A DNA stretch of 63,386 bases, filler included, from Basidiobolus ranarum (Eukaryota), in NCBI GenBank assembly GCA_040143965.1. It is 46 parts of 46 records of this genome, joined end to end, with 100 filler letters (N's around TTAATTAATTAA, not from the genome) between each part and the next. Parts side by side here need not be neighbours in the genome. Positions count along the whole stretch, not along the records: positions 1 to 1,285 come from JASJQH010005685.1; positions 1,386 to 2,670 come from JASJQH010005686.1; positions 2,771 to 4,055 come from JASJQH010005687.1; positions 4,156 to 5,440 come from JASJQH010005688.1; positions 5,541 to 6,824 come from JASJQH010005689.1; positions 6,925 to 8,208 come from JASJQH010005690.1; positions 8,309 to 9,592 come from JASJQH010005691.1; positions 9,693 to 10,976 come from JASJQH010005692.1; 38 more parts are not named here. One strand, 5' to 3'. This document shows positions 1-12,459 of the stretch, in pieces. The notes below the pieces were generated by a model. The model was given only the letters and a program-made list of their open reading frames with translations. It made no database searches and had not been told where the DNA came from. The translations under genes and the position numbers were made by a program. The number at the start of each line of letters is the position of its first letter. Position 1 is the first letter of the stretch.

Positions 1-175
1 TCTTTTGAATGTGCAATAATGTCTAAAAGTACTTTTCTTAAACATACCACATAAGTAAAATAAACTGTTTCCAAAATGGTAAATAACATTGTGCCGGATA
101 GTGCCCAATCATGCCAATTTGTGCTGGCACACTTTTTAGCTGGCATGATCTGGCTCAATAAAATTGAACAAGTCT
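1..175 (+). mobile_element. Right end of IS5/ISL2-like DDE transposon
   Basis: Collinear with about 28112-28286, which follows the DDE transposase ORF; ends ...TTGAACAAGTCT. Confidence 0.8.
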
Positions 176-580
176 AACTTTTGATAGGAAAGTGAATTAG
201 TTAGCATCAAGATATTAGATGACTAATTCTTATAAAAAATAATGTTATTGGATAGATAGATAGGTAAATATGTGAGTCATACATCAGCAGAAGTCTTGGC
301 AGTGAGAGATCATTGGTTCTGAATCTTGTGACTTACATTGACTTGCATACAGGCACATGTCTCCGAGATTAATACTGATTGGATAATAATAATGTGATTG
401 ATCATATGATCTGATAGAAGTGATAAGAGAATAGAGAGTTAGTCATGTGATAGTTCACATGATAGGATTACTGGATAAGGTCAGGTGACTAGTTGGTAAA
501 GATGATAAACTAAATAGTTATTCAAGCAAGTTGTATAGATATGGCATAAGTTAAACAACTTAGTATGTTGATACATAACA
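176..580 (-). repeat. LTR-D (partial), inserted in copia integrase and cut by the IS5-like element
   Basis: Minus strand starts TGTTATGTATCAACATAC; a matching start (TGTTATGCACCAACATAC) interrupts copia RT at 50983-51006. Confidence 0.6.
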
Positions 581-1285
581 AACACTATTTAAGCACTTTT
601 GCAAAGTTCATGGAATTAAGCAAGAAACTACTGCCCTCTATTCACCTCAACAAAATGGAGCTGCTGAAAGAGCTAACAGGACTACAATATAAATGGCACA
701 ATCTATGATAAATGCACAAAACTTATCTCATAACTTTTGCACAGAGTCTGTTACTACTGCTGTATATCTGAAGAATAGGAGTTTTAGTAGAAGTCTATCT
801 AACTCTACACCATATCAAGCTTGGTTTGGAGTTAAACCGGATGTAAAATATTTCACGATCATCATATACATTGCTTATAGCAAAATTAAGACCTAAAATT
901 GGTCTAAGTTTGATCCAGAAAGTAAGAAATGCATATTTCTGGGTTTTTGAACTCAAGTTGAGGCTGACAGACTCTACATTACCAGAATTTCCAAGTTAAA
1001 CAAGTCCAGGGATGTTTTGTTTAATGAAAATGAAAATGTTTCATCCAAAATGACCTCAGATGATAATGAAAATCACTTTTCTCCTTATCCAGGCATTCAA
1101 ATTGATTCAAACCAACACAATGAAGAAAATAGCATTTGTGTGCACCTTTAAACCAGAAGTTTGCCTACTGAAGTGCCCAATACAATGCCAGAAGTTGTGG
1201 TACCGTTATCCCAAAACCAAGACATCAAATCACATCAGAAACAGCCCTGATTACTATATCCATAGGTCCTAAAATTGGGCCTATG
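581..1285 (+). pseudogene. Ty1/copia integrase C-terminal region, degraded
   Basis: SPQQNGAAERANRT, TAVYLKNR and SKKCIFLG motifs with stops; homologous to 46974-47462 and 31280-31706. Confidence 0.85.
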
Positions 1286-1385
1286 NNNNNNNNNNNNNNN
1301 NNNNNNNNNNNNNNNNNNNNNNNNNNNNNTTAATTAATTAANNNNNNNNNNNNNNNNNNNNNNNNNNNNNNNNNNNNNNNNNNNN
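1286..1385. other. Artificial contig linker N44-TTAATTAATTAA-N44 (first of 45; last at 62013-62112)
   Basis: Identical 100-bp block about every 1.38 kb; intervening segments shrink monotonically from 1285 to 1274 bp; core has stops in all six frames. Confidence 0.98.
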
Positions 1386-1417
1386 CCACACCATCTGGTG
1401 CTTTTCATCCCCCCCCC

Positions 1418-1735
1418 TGAGATAATTATTTATTGTCCAGAAATATAGCATTTATACATTTTGAACAAAAATACAGAAAACTGACACTGGAGTTGTGTTC
1501 AGAGCATCTGTGGGAGTAAAATGAGCTATCTTTGGGGCATTTTGGACAAGTTTGAAATTTCCAATATGGAATTGCTAATTCTCACATTATTCACATATAT
1601 ATATAATATATGTTCTGATTTGCAGCTAAGTGATATTTGACTAAGTAACGTTAACTAACTTATATATGGTATATGAAATAGTAAGGTGTATATAGATAGA
1701 GATAACAAATATGATAAAGGCAATAAACTTCAACA
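1418..1735 (-). repeat. Copia LTR-A, truncated
   Basis: Matches LTR-A 11720-12097; begins TGTTGAAGTTTATTG on the minus strand. Confidence 0.9.
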
Positions 1736-2400
1736 GTTACCTCCACACTATTTTGATGTAGTACAGTAGAATTTTGGGCATTTTGTTGCCTGTTTGCAGC
1801 CAGTTGTTCTACAGTGCCTAATGCATGGATAGTTTGGTTCCTATTAGGCACCACTGGGTTTTGGGACTATTGGTTTGCTATTGTCCCACTTCAAACACTA
1901 CCTTCACCTCTTCTAGTAGGTAGATGTGGGAAGCATTCTTGATATTTTTGTGTCGTGATATTGCTTGAACCTTTAAATAAATCATCTTTGAGAAGATATG
2001 TCCATAGTTATATATTAAAGGCAGAAATGATGCATGCTTCATCATATCAACTATCATACCTAGCCATAATCTTTACTCTCATCTTTCATCAAGAGTATAC
2101 TTTGCAAATGTTGACATGTCAGCTGTTATCATAAAGCATAGCCATTGTATTTCTCTGGAGTAGTTGTAATGTGCAGTGGCTTGTCTGCAATCACCATGTT
2201 AATCATTAGTAGTCACTTGCACCACCCTATTATAGTGGATATGGAAATTCAGTAACTTCAAATGTTTTCAGGTTTGAGAACATCACATGAAGAGCAAAAT
2301 TACAACATGGTCATTATATTAGGCATGTCAAAAAATAAAGTTTTTAAAAAGTTGATCACATTTGTAATGTGCATTTAATGATTTATGATCTTCTTAACTC

Positions 2401-2670
2401 CTACATAGTGATCCCAAGTCCTATAGGCCTATTTCTTTGCTACCTACTTGCAGGAAGGTGTTTGAGCTCCTCTTAGTGAAATCCATTCATGAGAGGCTTC
2501 CATGCTTTCACACTAGTCAATTTGGCTTCCTTCCTAAGCTCTCCTTGGATATGGCTGTGGTACTCAGTCATGATAATGCTTTGCAATATCCACAAGCTGC
2601 CATTCTTTTTGATATCACCAAAGCCTTTGACTCAGTAGACAGAGATCTGCTGTGGAGAAAGCTTCAGTCT
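2401..2670 (+). mobile_element. Non-LTR retrotransposon (LINE) reverse transcriptase fragment
   Basis: SYRPISLL..CRKVFE, SQFGF and DITKAFDSVD are standard LINE RT motifs; truncated by the contig end. Confidence 0.85.
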
Positions 2671-2770
2671 NNNNNNNNNNNNNNNNNNNNNNNNNNNNNN
2701 NNNNNNNNNNNNNNTTAATTAATTAANNNNNNNNNNNNNNNNNNNNNNNNNNNNNNNNNNNNNNNNNNNN

Positions 2771-3680
2771 ACAATTGATCTGGGATTAAGATACACATAT
2801 TCTTATGAGAATAAGGATCTAATTGGGTTTAGTGATGCAGATTGGGGACGTGATATTGAGGACAGAAGATCTATCACTGGAAGTACCTTTCTCTATAATG
2901 AAGCAGCCATATCTTGGAATAGCAAGAAATAACCCACTGAAGCACCTTCAACAACTGAAGCAGAGTACATGGCAGCATCACATACAACAAAGGAGGCTAT
3001 GTGGTTAAGGAAACTGTTCAAACACTAGGGCTTTTTTTTAAAGTTCACCCACCATAATTGTCAAGGATAATCAAAGTTGTATTTCTTTAGCTAAAAATCC
3101 CAAATTTCATGCTAGAAGTAAGCACATTGCTATTCAACATCACTTTGTTAGGGAAGCTATTGAGAGTAAGTGCATCCAATAGAGTACTGTGCAACTGAGG
3201 ACATGATTGCTGACATCCTTACCAAACCATTACCTAAGCCCAAATTTGAAAAATTAAGATTTGAGTTGGGATTAAGATATATGAATATTTAGTTGAGTGG
3301 GAGTGTCAAAGTTTATTGTCTTTATCATATTTATTATCTCTATCTTTTTACACTTAACCATTTTACATATCACATATAAGTTAGTTAAAATTACTTACTT
3401 ATTTATCACTCAGCTAAAAATTGGAACATATATTTTATATATATGTGAATAATGTGAGAATTAGCATTTCATATTGAAAACTTCAGACCTGTCCAAATTG
3501 CCCCAAGTACAGCTCATTTTACTCCCACAGATGTTCTGAACACAACCCCAGTGTTAGTTTTCAATATTTCTATCAAAATGCAAAAATGCTTTATTTCTGG
3601 TAAATAAATAATCTTCTTGCAAAGCTATTCACAACTCCACTTTTATAAAGTTCCTCCAAACAGCCCATATCTTCCCAATA
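2771..3680 (+). mobile_element. Copia-A 3' end: RNase H remnant, PPT, 3' LTR-A (3304-3680)
   Basis: GFSDADW, STTEAEY, HARSKHI motifs; GAGTGGGAG PPT, then LTR ending CCCAATA. Confidence 0.9.
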
Positions 3681-4055
3681 GTTGATTCAGCAATGCTAAT
3701 ACAATGGTAGGCTTTGATGGAGATATTGTTACAAACTTGTGATGGATACGAACTAAACCTTGGGTATGAGCAACTCTATAAAAATATTCAGGACAATATA
3801 TCAAAGAAACTAGGGATTTTGAAGATGACAAATTAACATTCAAGTAGCAAATGTGTAAAAATTGAGTTACATTTTTTGCACATGTGTTGATCTTTAGTTT
3901 TCTGTGATTGCAGCCAATCATTTACAGTTATTTTGCAAGATCTTGAGATTTCACTCCAAAAGCCAAAAAAATTGATTAAAATCAAATCCAACCTGATGAT
4001 TTTATTATGGTGAGTAAACAGTGAATCCAAAATGGATTAAGAATGTGATGGTTTT
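3681..4055 (-). mobile_element. CACTA left subterminal region
   Basis: Reverse-complement match to 7818-8208 and 6925-7052. Confidence 0.8.
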
Positions 4056-4155
4056 NNNNNNNNNNNNNNNNNNNNNNNNNNNNNNNNNNNNNNNNNNNNT
4101 TAATTAATTAANNNNNNNNNNNNNNNNNNNNNNNNNNNNNNNNNNNNNNNNNNNN

Positions 4156-5091
4156 AGCCTACAAGGAAAGAGACAAGAAGGCCTTTAATATCATTTGTCA
4201 AAGTTTGAAGAATTCACAACTTGTGAATATTCAATATTGAAAGACTTCCCATCAAGCTTGGACTATATTGGAACAGTGTTATGAAGTAAAGATTCTTGCT
4301 AATATACTCTTTGTTAGACAAAAATTCTTCAATATAAAGATGGAAAAGTCTGATAGCATGGTTACTCATATAGCATATGTGAGATCTTTGGTAAAACAAC
4401 TGGAAAATATTGGTGCAACTTTACAGGAAGAAGCTGTCATTATGACTATCCTAAGTAGTCTACCAGAACAGTATTCAAACTTGGTCCCAGCATTGGAAGC
4501 AAGATCTGGCAAGTTGTCTTTGGAGTTTGTGATGGCAAGGTTAATGGATCAACACCTCAGAAGTAAGAATTTGGAAAAGGAATCTGAGGAAGTGGCTCTT
4601 TTTGGAGCTGGAAAACATAGATTTGGCAAGAACAAAGGTTACAAAAGAAGGAAACCAGTTTTATGCTATGGCTACAACAAATAGGGACACAAGTTAAAAG
4701 ATTGCAAATCAAGAAATTAAAACAAAAATGACAAGTCAGAACAAGCAAAATGGTTTCAACCAAAGAGGAAGCTTTATTCATCTTTACCCTATCAGTGACC
4801 TGTGAACAAGACTGCAGGTTGTGGTATATTGATTCTGGAGCCTCTCAACATTTCTCTAATCAAAAAAATGTCTTAAGACACTCAAAACTGACATAAACAA
4901 GAAGGTTTATATGGGAGATGACCAGCCACTAGAAGCTCCGAGAGTGGGTGAAATTGAAGTGGATCTTGGGGATATGTATTTACACTGAGAAACATGCTAT
5001 ATGTGCCTGGGATAGCAAAAAATTTGTTATCAGTGAGTAAAGATACATCTGAGGGATATTGCTTTGACTTTGATCAAAATGGCTGTTCTAT
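4156..5091 (+). pseudogene. Copia-A gag, zinc knuckle and protease, degraded
   Basis: LSSLPEQY gag motif, CX2CX4HX4C remnant, WYIDSGASQH protease motif. Confidence 0.9.
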
Positions 5092-5440
5092 AGACTTGTT
5101 CCATTTTATTGAGCCAGATCAGGCCTGCTAAAAAGTGTGCCAGCACAAATTGGCATGATTGCGCACTATCTGGCACAATGTTATTTACCTTTTTGCAAAC
5201 AGTTTATGTTACTTATGTGGTATATTTAAGAAAAGTTCTTTTAGACATTGTTGCACATTCAAAAGATGATGAAATCTTTATTCTTAGTGTTGTAACTTTA
5301 GAGCTCTCAATGGATATCTCTGAGTATGAATGTATTGAGAATTAATCAAGATTTTGACTACTTTGCCTAACTTTGATTGAGGCCTACAAAATGATTTTCC
5401 TCTATACTTTCCTGCTACAATGCTATATCTCTTTAGGAAA
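5092..5440 (-). mobile_element. IS5/ISL2-like element: right end plus transposase C-terminus, inserted in copia-A
   Basis: Begins AGACTTGTTCCATT; reverse complement of about 27938-28286. Confidence 0.85.
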
Positions 5441-5540
5441 NNNNNNNNNNNNNNNNNNNNNNNNNNNNNNNNNNNNNNNNNNNNTTAATTAATTAANNNN
5501 NNNNNNNNNNNNNNNNNNNNNNNNNNNNNNNNNNNNNNNN

Positions 5541-5815
5541 CATCTATTCCTAATATATACTGCAGTTGTGGCCAATTCAGCCCAGAACTGTTTTGGTAAA
5601 TCTTGATCATGAAGCATTGGTCTTGCCTTTTCCATTATTGATCTGTTTGCATGTTCTGCTACTCCATTCTGCTGTGGAGAATATGGCACTGTAGTCTGCT
5701 GTTTTATCCCATGTGTTGAGCTGAAGTTAGAGAAGAGTTTTGAGGTATATTCCTCTCCATTATGGATATGGATAATCTTAATCTTTAGACCTGTTTCAGT
5801 CTCCAGTACTATTTA
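5541..5815 (-). pseudogene. Copia integrase core fragment
   Basis: PYSPQQNGVAE and FWAELATTAVYIRNR. Confidence 0.85.
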
Positions 5816-6657
5816 TATAGATCTTCTGCAGCATTTTTTGAAGCAGACCAATTAACAGCAAAGCAATCTCCTTTTCATAACCCTTATCTTATATTCAGTC
5901 TGTTTTGAGCAACAGATATTGGGCCTTTAGCATGCCCCTGTGTTTTCACTTTTGCTTTACATAAAATACAATTATTATTATTCCATCTATATAAGGAGCC
6001 TAGAGGTTTGCAAATTTTTGTTATAATTTCAACACATGCTTAATCATGGTTAAGGTGACATAACACAATATGCTTGACACTTTTACCATCAAAACTTACT
6101 GTGACTAAGTTGCTTTACATTTTGTACCACTTTGAACATGTGCAAGTTGCAAATGAATAAATCTTTTCATCTCCTTTGTTCATAATAAGCTGATTAATTT
6201 GAGGAAACATTCATCAAGTTTACAGCCAGAATGTTCCTTTGCAAACTTAAATTAGTAATATGTGCTTATATCTTGGTAATGTTAATAATATATGACTCCA
6301 TGTAGAAAATTGAAATATTGTAATCCAATCCTGAGATATCCTGCACAAGCATGTAGTAATGGCTGCAAAGTAAGATTTAATATTGGTGTTGCAATTGCAA
6401 CCATAGTAAATGATGAACTTGCATACTACTTATTTTTCATGGGCTTATGACAGCTCTCTTCACATTGGCCAGTGCTTATGATGGCCCATAAGCATACCAT
6501 AATACAGCATTTCCTACATTGATATGTTCATCACCTTCTATGCTTTACTCAATTGTGTTTGCAACCTACTTGGCTGTAACAGTCTTGATAAGGCTTGCAA
6601 ATGATTGCATATAGGTTTTAGCCTGGTGATTATTTCTTCACATATACATTCAATAGA

Positions 6658-6824
6658 CCCTAACAAAAATAAAATCGATTTGATCCGGATTGGATCCACC
6701 CTCCAAAATAGCAAAACCGTCAGAGAGCCGTCACAATATTGTTGGCTTGCATTCTGCCAGGGATTTTGATGGTGTGACAGCGGTTTCTTGACGGTATCTT
6801 GGCGGTATTCATACATGTTAAAAT
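6658..6824 (-). mobile_element. CACTA right end (TIR CCCTAACAAAAAT) with CCGTCA subterminal repeats, CpG-retaining copy
   Basis: Shared terminus with eight other copies in the window. Confidence 0.85.
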
Positions 6825-6924
6825 NNNNNNNNNNNNNNNNNNNNNNNNNNNNNNNNNNNNNNNNNNNNTTAATTAATTAANNNNNNNNNNNNNNNNNNNN
6901 NNNNNNNNNNNNNNNNNNNNNNNN

Positions 6925-7645
6925 TCTCTTTGATATATTCTCCTGAATATTTTTATAGAGTTCTTCAAACCCAAGGTTTAGCTCATACCCAACACAAGTT
7001 TGTGTCAATATCTCCATCAAAGCCCACCATTGTATCAACGTTGCTGAATCAACATTTTTCCAGCTATCTGGTGAATACCCTGCAATATTGTGCCACTCTG
7101 TATTGAGTTCTTCCCAGATATCTGCACAGTCAACAACTGACTGAATGTCAAGTTCAATGTACTTCTGCTGAAGCTACTTTCTGCATACTGGTACTGCACC
7201 TTTCCTTTCATACTTTTGAAAATACTCCTCAAGCACTTTTATTATTTTATATATTCTTGTAGCGTGACACTACTAAAGGTGCTTTGCAATGTTTGTGCTG
7301 CATTTTGCTTGCCTTTGAGTTTGCCCTAATTTCAACACATTTAAAAGTACCAGTTGTGGTTGGAGAGCCATGAGTTTTATTTGCTGCTATTTTGGCTAGT
7401 CATCAGGTGCCAGGTGTTGGATAAACTTCCAAAATTAGCATTCTTCCAGCTGGTGTACCTGGTTCCATGGTAAAATTAAGCCTTTTTGCCAGTATATCTG
7501 CTGGTATTTCTGACTCTGGGAATACAGATCTTTGCAATGGTGTGAAGAATTTGATAAGTGGGACAGTTGAGCCTAAACTCCCTGGCTCCTTTGCTTTTCC
7601 CTTGGGTTTACTAGCTTCCTTCTCCTTAAGTACTTCTTTAGCTGA
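6925..7645 (-). pseudogene. CACTA accessory ORF2, C-terminal part running into the left subterminal region
   Basis: Overlaps 62113-62150 (AKEVLKE); one reading frame LEEYFQKY...SWKNVDSATLIQWWALMEIL crosses into left-end sequence with a single stop. Confidence 0.6.
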
Positions 7646-8208
7646 TGCATGTCAATTGTATAACTCATAACCCTTCAGTAATCCAGGTACCTTCATGTCC
7701 AAATGGTTGTTTGGTTTTAACTGGTGCTCTCAAAAACCTGAAGTCATGTTCTGCTTCTATACAATTGGAATCACTGAATCAGATAATTATTTTTCATATT
7801 TGGCATACATACCATAGCCCTAACAGAAATTTAGGATTGTTATTGTAGGAAAACCATCACAATTTCAATACATTTGGGATTGGCTGTTTACTTACCTTCA
7901 TAGAATTGTCAAGTTAGATTTGATTTTAATCAATTTTTCAGTTTCAGGAGTGAAATTTCAAAATCTTGCAAAAGGTTGCACATGATTGGCTACAATTTCA
8001 GCAAACTATGGATCAACACTTGTGTGAAAAACGTGACTCAAATTTTACACATTTGCCAGTTGAATGCTAATTTGTCACATTCAAAATGCCTGGTCTTTCT
8101 GATATATTCTCCTGAATATTCTTATAGAGTTCTTCATACCCAAGGTTTAGCTCATACCAAACACAAGTTTGTATCAATATCTCCATCAAAGCCCAATATT
8201 GTATTAAC
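7646..8208 (+). mobile_element. CACTA transposase fragment interrupted by a CACTA left end (TIR CCCTAACAGAAAT at 7818)
   Basis: PSCPNGC motif as at 23832-24124, then an abrupt switch to the left-end consensus. Confidence 0.8.
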
Positions 8209-8384
8209 NNNNNNNNNNNNNNNNNNNNNNNNNNNNNNNNNNNNNNNNNNNNTTAATTAATTAANNNNNNNNNNNNNNNNNNNNNNNNNNNNNNNNNNNN
8301 NNNNNNNNACTTATGTTGGGTATGAGCTAAACCTTGGGTATGAAGAACTCTTTAAAAATATTCAGGAGAATATAATGAATGACA

Positions 8385-9592
8385 TTGTTCCTTACATTTT
8401 GTAGTGTGCAAAAGCTGGAATTTAGGTCTTGCTGGAGGATTGAGTTGCTAGTAGGTGCAAGTTTGCCAACTACATCGGTAATCACTTGTCTCTTCCAGGG
8501 GGAAGTTGGAAAGAGTCTGGAAAGGTGGTCAGTTAGAATATTAAGAATTCCAGGGCATGAATGATGGTGTAATCATAATCCATTAGAGTATCCAGCCAGT
8601 TGATCAGCATTGGTGTTAGATTCTTCTGAGGGTCAATGTAGACAAGTGCTTGGTGGTTACTGTAAAGAGTAAATTGACTTCCCAGAGGTACTGGTGAAAT
8701 TTCTTCAGGGCAAACACAATGGCTAGTAATTTCTTCTTGGTAGCAGAATAATTTTCTTCAGCAGGATGCAATGATATGGCTTGGAAAGAAATCCAATGAG
8801 GTGGATTTTGGTCTTCATCCTGCTGAAGAACTGTCCCTAACCCAAGATTAGATGCATCAGTAGCAACAAAAAAGGCTTGGAAAAGTCAGGATAAGGTAGA
8901 GTATGGGCTTGGGGAAACAATGCAAGCAGTGAATCAAAGGCTTGGTCATTTAATTTGGTCCAAACTGAGGGTAGAGTTTGTTATGTCATAAAGAATCATG
9001 TGGTGCACTTAGAGAAGAGAAAAGTGGCATATGTTCCATAGAGTAGTTGAAGACTCCAAGGTAGTATTGAAGCTGTTTAGCAGTAGTGGGCTTAGGCCAA
9101 TCCTTGATGTTGACTAACTTGAAAGGATCTAATTGGTGGCCTGTATGAGTAACAATAAAACCAAGTAGATTGATTTTAAGGCAAGCAAAACTGCATTTTC
9201 TAGCATTCAGGAAAAGTCCAGCAGAAGTAAGATGGTTAACAGTATCCATAATGTGGGTTGCATGATCAGCTCTATCAGTTGAGAAAATAATAAAATCATC
9301 AACAAACCCTAAAGTGTAGCTAGCATCTTTGAGAATGACAGCCAATGTGAGAGTGGTTCTTGATGAAGGTATGGTGAAGTTTGGAGAATTCACCATGTTG
9401 AAATTTGCTTTGGCAAGATCTTGGAGACTTTCCTTAAGAATGGTGATTTCTTCCTTTTTGGAAGCAATGACTTCCTGTCGGTCTTGTCTTTGCTCTTCAT
9501 CAGCTCTTGATTGAAGAAGGAAAGTGTATTCCAAAACATGTGCATCTATCTTAGATATAAGTTGCCTGAGTTGTTGGGATATGTTTTCATAG
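8385..9592 (-). pseudogene. Ty3/gypsy family 2 RT-RNase H, degraded and internally deleted
   Basis: FVDDFIIFS, LNARKCSF, WPKPTTAKQLQYYLG, ATDASNLGLG and NYSATKKKLLAIVFAL motifs. Confidence 0.85.
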
Positions 9593-9692
9593 NNNNNNNN
9601 NNNNNNNNNNNNNNNNNNNNNNNNNNNNNNNNNNNNTTAATTAATTAANNNNNNNNNNNNNNNNNNNNNNNNNNNNNNNNNNNNNNNNNNNN

Positions 9693-10976
9693 GGAAAGTC
9701 TACTTGGGTGATAACTATGCACTACAAGCAGCTGGTAAGGGCACAGCTGTGCTCAATTTAGACCAAATTTGAGTAATACCATCTGCAAAGTTAGATGATG
9801 TATGCTATGTACCAAATTGAGCCAAGTAACTACTCTTAGTAAGCCAAGCAGCAACTCAAAGACTAAATTTTATGTTCAGCCAGGCTGGATGCACTCTCAC
9901 AGATCAGATTAGTACCAAATTTGCTACTGGTATCAAAGCTCAACAATTATACAAGCCAGAAAGCAACAAATAACATTCTGAGCATGTAAACTTGACCAAA
10001 ATTGAGTAAAAAAGTTCTCAAATGTGGCATACAAGATTTTGCTACAATGGGGAACAAAAACTGAGCAAAATGATCCAAAATCAGCTTGTTTTAGGCTTAG
10101 TAATCAAAAATATCTCCAACTTGGATCTGTGTGAAGGCTGCACATATGGGAAACATCACAGACAGCCATTATCAAGCTCTGGAAAGATCATATCCACTCA
10201 GAATCTTGCCTTATTTCACTTAGACCTATGTGGGCCCATGAAAAAAATCTTTCTAGGTGGGAAAAGGTGCTTTGTGACCTCTATTGATGACAAAACACAT
10301 ATTCTTGAGTGTTCTTTCTCAAGCCCAAATTTGAAGCCTTAGCTATGTTCAAGAGCTACAAAGTAATGGTAGAGAAAGAATTAGCACAAAAAAAAAGAGT
10401 ACCAAGGAGTAATAATGGTGGAGAATACTGCTCTAAAGACTTTACCAGTTATTGTTCTAAATATGAATTTAAGCAATTAACTACAGTACCTTATACTCCA
10501 AAGCAAAATGGAGCTTCAGAATAAGTTAATAGGACTATAGTGGAAATGGCTAGATCAATATCATATGGTCAAAAAATAGTTTATCAAAATTGGGCTGAAT
10601 GTATCCCCACTACAGTCTATGGCAAAAACAGATGCCCAACAAGATTGCTACAAAATTCTATTCCATTTGAAGCCCAATATGGATCAAAACTAAGTGTGAA
10701 GCATCTCAAGATTTTTGGTTGCACAGCAAGTTGCCTCATTTCAGCTCAAGAATGCTATATATTGCAACCAAAAGCAGGAAATGCATATTATTTGGCTACT
10801 GTGGTGAATCTAGGTCCTACCAACTGATTAATACCAAAGATCAGAAGTTCATTAAGTGCAGAGATGTGATTTTTGATGAAAAAGCACATTTTTTGCCTCA
10901 AATCACTGTTCCTAATCCAGAAAACACAAACAGGACTAGACAGGAAGTGTCTGACAAAATTCCAGCTGTATCTGAG
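9693..10976 (+). pseudogene. Copia protease, GAG-pre-integrase and integrase, degraded
   Basis: WHTRF..CEGC, HLDLCGPM, SNNGGEY, PYTPKQNG; frameshifted. Same family as 40084-41361. Confidence 0.9.
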
Positions 10977-11076
10977 NNNNNNNNNNNNNNNNNNNNNNNN
11001 NNNNNNNNNNNNNNNNNNNNTTAATTAATTAANNNNNNNNNNNNNNNNNNNNNNNNNNNNNNNNNNNNNNNNNNNN

Positions 11077-11687
11077 AAGAGCCACTTCCTCAGATTCTTT
11101 TTCCAAATTTTACTTCTGAGATGCTGATCCATTAGCCTTGCTATCACAAACTCCAAAGACAACTTGTCAGATCTTGCTTCCAAAGCTGTGACCAAGTTTG
11201 AATACTGTTCTGGTAGACTACTTAGAAGAGTCATAATGACATCTTCTTCCTGTAAAGTTGCACCAATATTTTCCAGTTGTTTTGCCAAAGATCTCACATT
11301 TGCAATATGAGTAACCATGCTTTCAGACTTTTCCATCTTTATATTGAAGAATTTTTGTCTGAGAAAGAGTCTATTAGCAAGACTCTTTGCTTCATAACAC
11401 TCTTCTAATATAGTCCAAGCTTGATGGGAAGTCTTTGCATATTGAATATTCACAAGTTGTGAATCCTTCAAACTTTGACAAATGACATTAAAGGCCTTCT
11501 TGTCTCTTTTCTTGTAAGCTTCCAATAAAGAAGGGTCAGAAGGTTCCTTTTCATCTCCAGAGACTACATCCCAAAGCTCCCTGTCTTCCAGCATGATTTG
11601 CATCTTGAACTTCCAGAAATTGTAATTTTCTCCATCAAGCTTTTCAACACTTGAGTTAATAAAAGTGGTAGTAGTGGTTTCTGTCAT
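11077..11687 (-). CDS. Copia-A Gag (open; truncated by contig end)
   Basis: KLDGENYNFWKFKMQ..LWDVVSG N-terminal gag motif; starts just downstream of LTR and PBS. Confidence 0.9.
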
Positions 11688-11706
11688 GCTGTAAAGGTTA
11701 GAACAT

Positions 11707-11719
11707 GGGGCTCATAACC
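11707..11719 (-). promoter_or_regulatory. Primer-binding site GGTTATGAGCCCC (half-tRNAiMet type)
   Basis: Abuts the 5' LTR-A; complementary to the GGGCUCAUAACC anticodon arm of fungal initiator tRNA. Confidence 0.85.
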
Positions 11720-12097
11720 TATTGGGAAAATATGGGCTGTTTGGAGGAACTTTAGAAAAGTGGAGTTGTGAATAGCTTTGTGAGATAATTATTTATTGAC
11801 CAGAAATTAAGCATTTATACATTTTGGTGGAAATACAGAAAACTAACACTGGGGTTGTGTTCAGAACATCTGTGGGAGTAAAATGAGCTATCTTTGGGGC
11901 AATTTGGACAAGTTTGAAATTTCCAATATGGAATTGCTAATTCTCACATTATTCACATATATATATAATATATGTTCCAATTTTCAGCCAAGTGATATTT
12001 GACTAAGTAATGTTAACTAACTTATATGTGATATATGAAATAGTTAGGTGTATAAAGATAAAGATAACAAATATCATAAAGACAATAAACTTCAACA
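11720..12097 (-). repeat. Complete 5' LTR-A (378 bp, TGTTG...CAATA)
   Basis: Same boundaries as copies at 3304-3680, 35109-35486 and 47463-47840. Confidence 0.92.
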
Positions 12098-12459
12098 CAC
12101 CATCCCACCACAATTGGACATGATGATTTTATTGGAGATATTGTGCCAGTGCATACCAAGTTACCTGATTTAGTATTGCCAAATTAAGATTTTGGGTAAC
12201 TGACAAAGCAAGTTCATCCCCTAGTTTGTAACTTACAAATTCCTGAATGTGTGACAATAAACAATTTATACTTTAACTTACCCAATCAAATGTATAACCA
12301 AGACATTCACATGTTTTTAGGCAAATCATTTGTCCCTCACTAACACAGTATCCTGATTTNNNNNNNNNNNNNNNNNNNNNNNNNNNNNNNNNNNNNNNNN
12401 NNNTTAATTAATTAANNNNNNNNNNNNNNNNNNNNNNNNNNNNNNNNNNNNNNNNNNNN

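Noticed and set aside
1386-1417. 14-bp match (ACACCATCTGGTGC) to the IS5-like left subterminal sequence
   Set aside because: Too short, at a contig edge, and similarity stops immediately.
6230-6540. KDZ (Kyakuja-Dileera-Zisupton) transposase remnant
   Set aside because: Only vague Cys/His words in broken frames; cannot be supported without a profile search.
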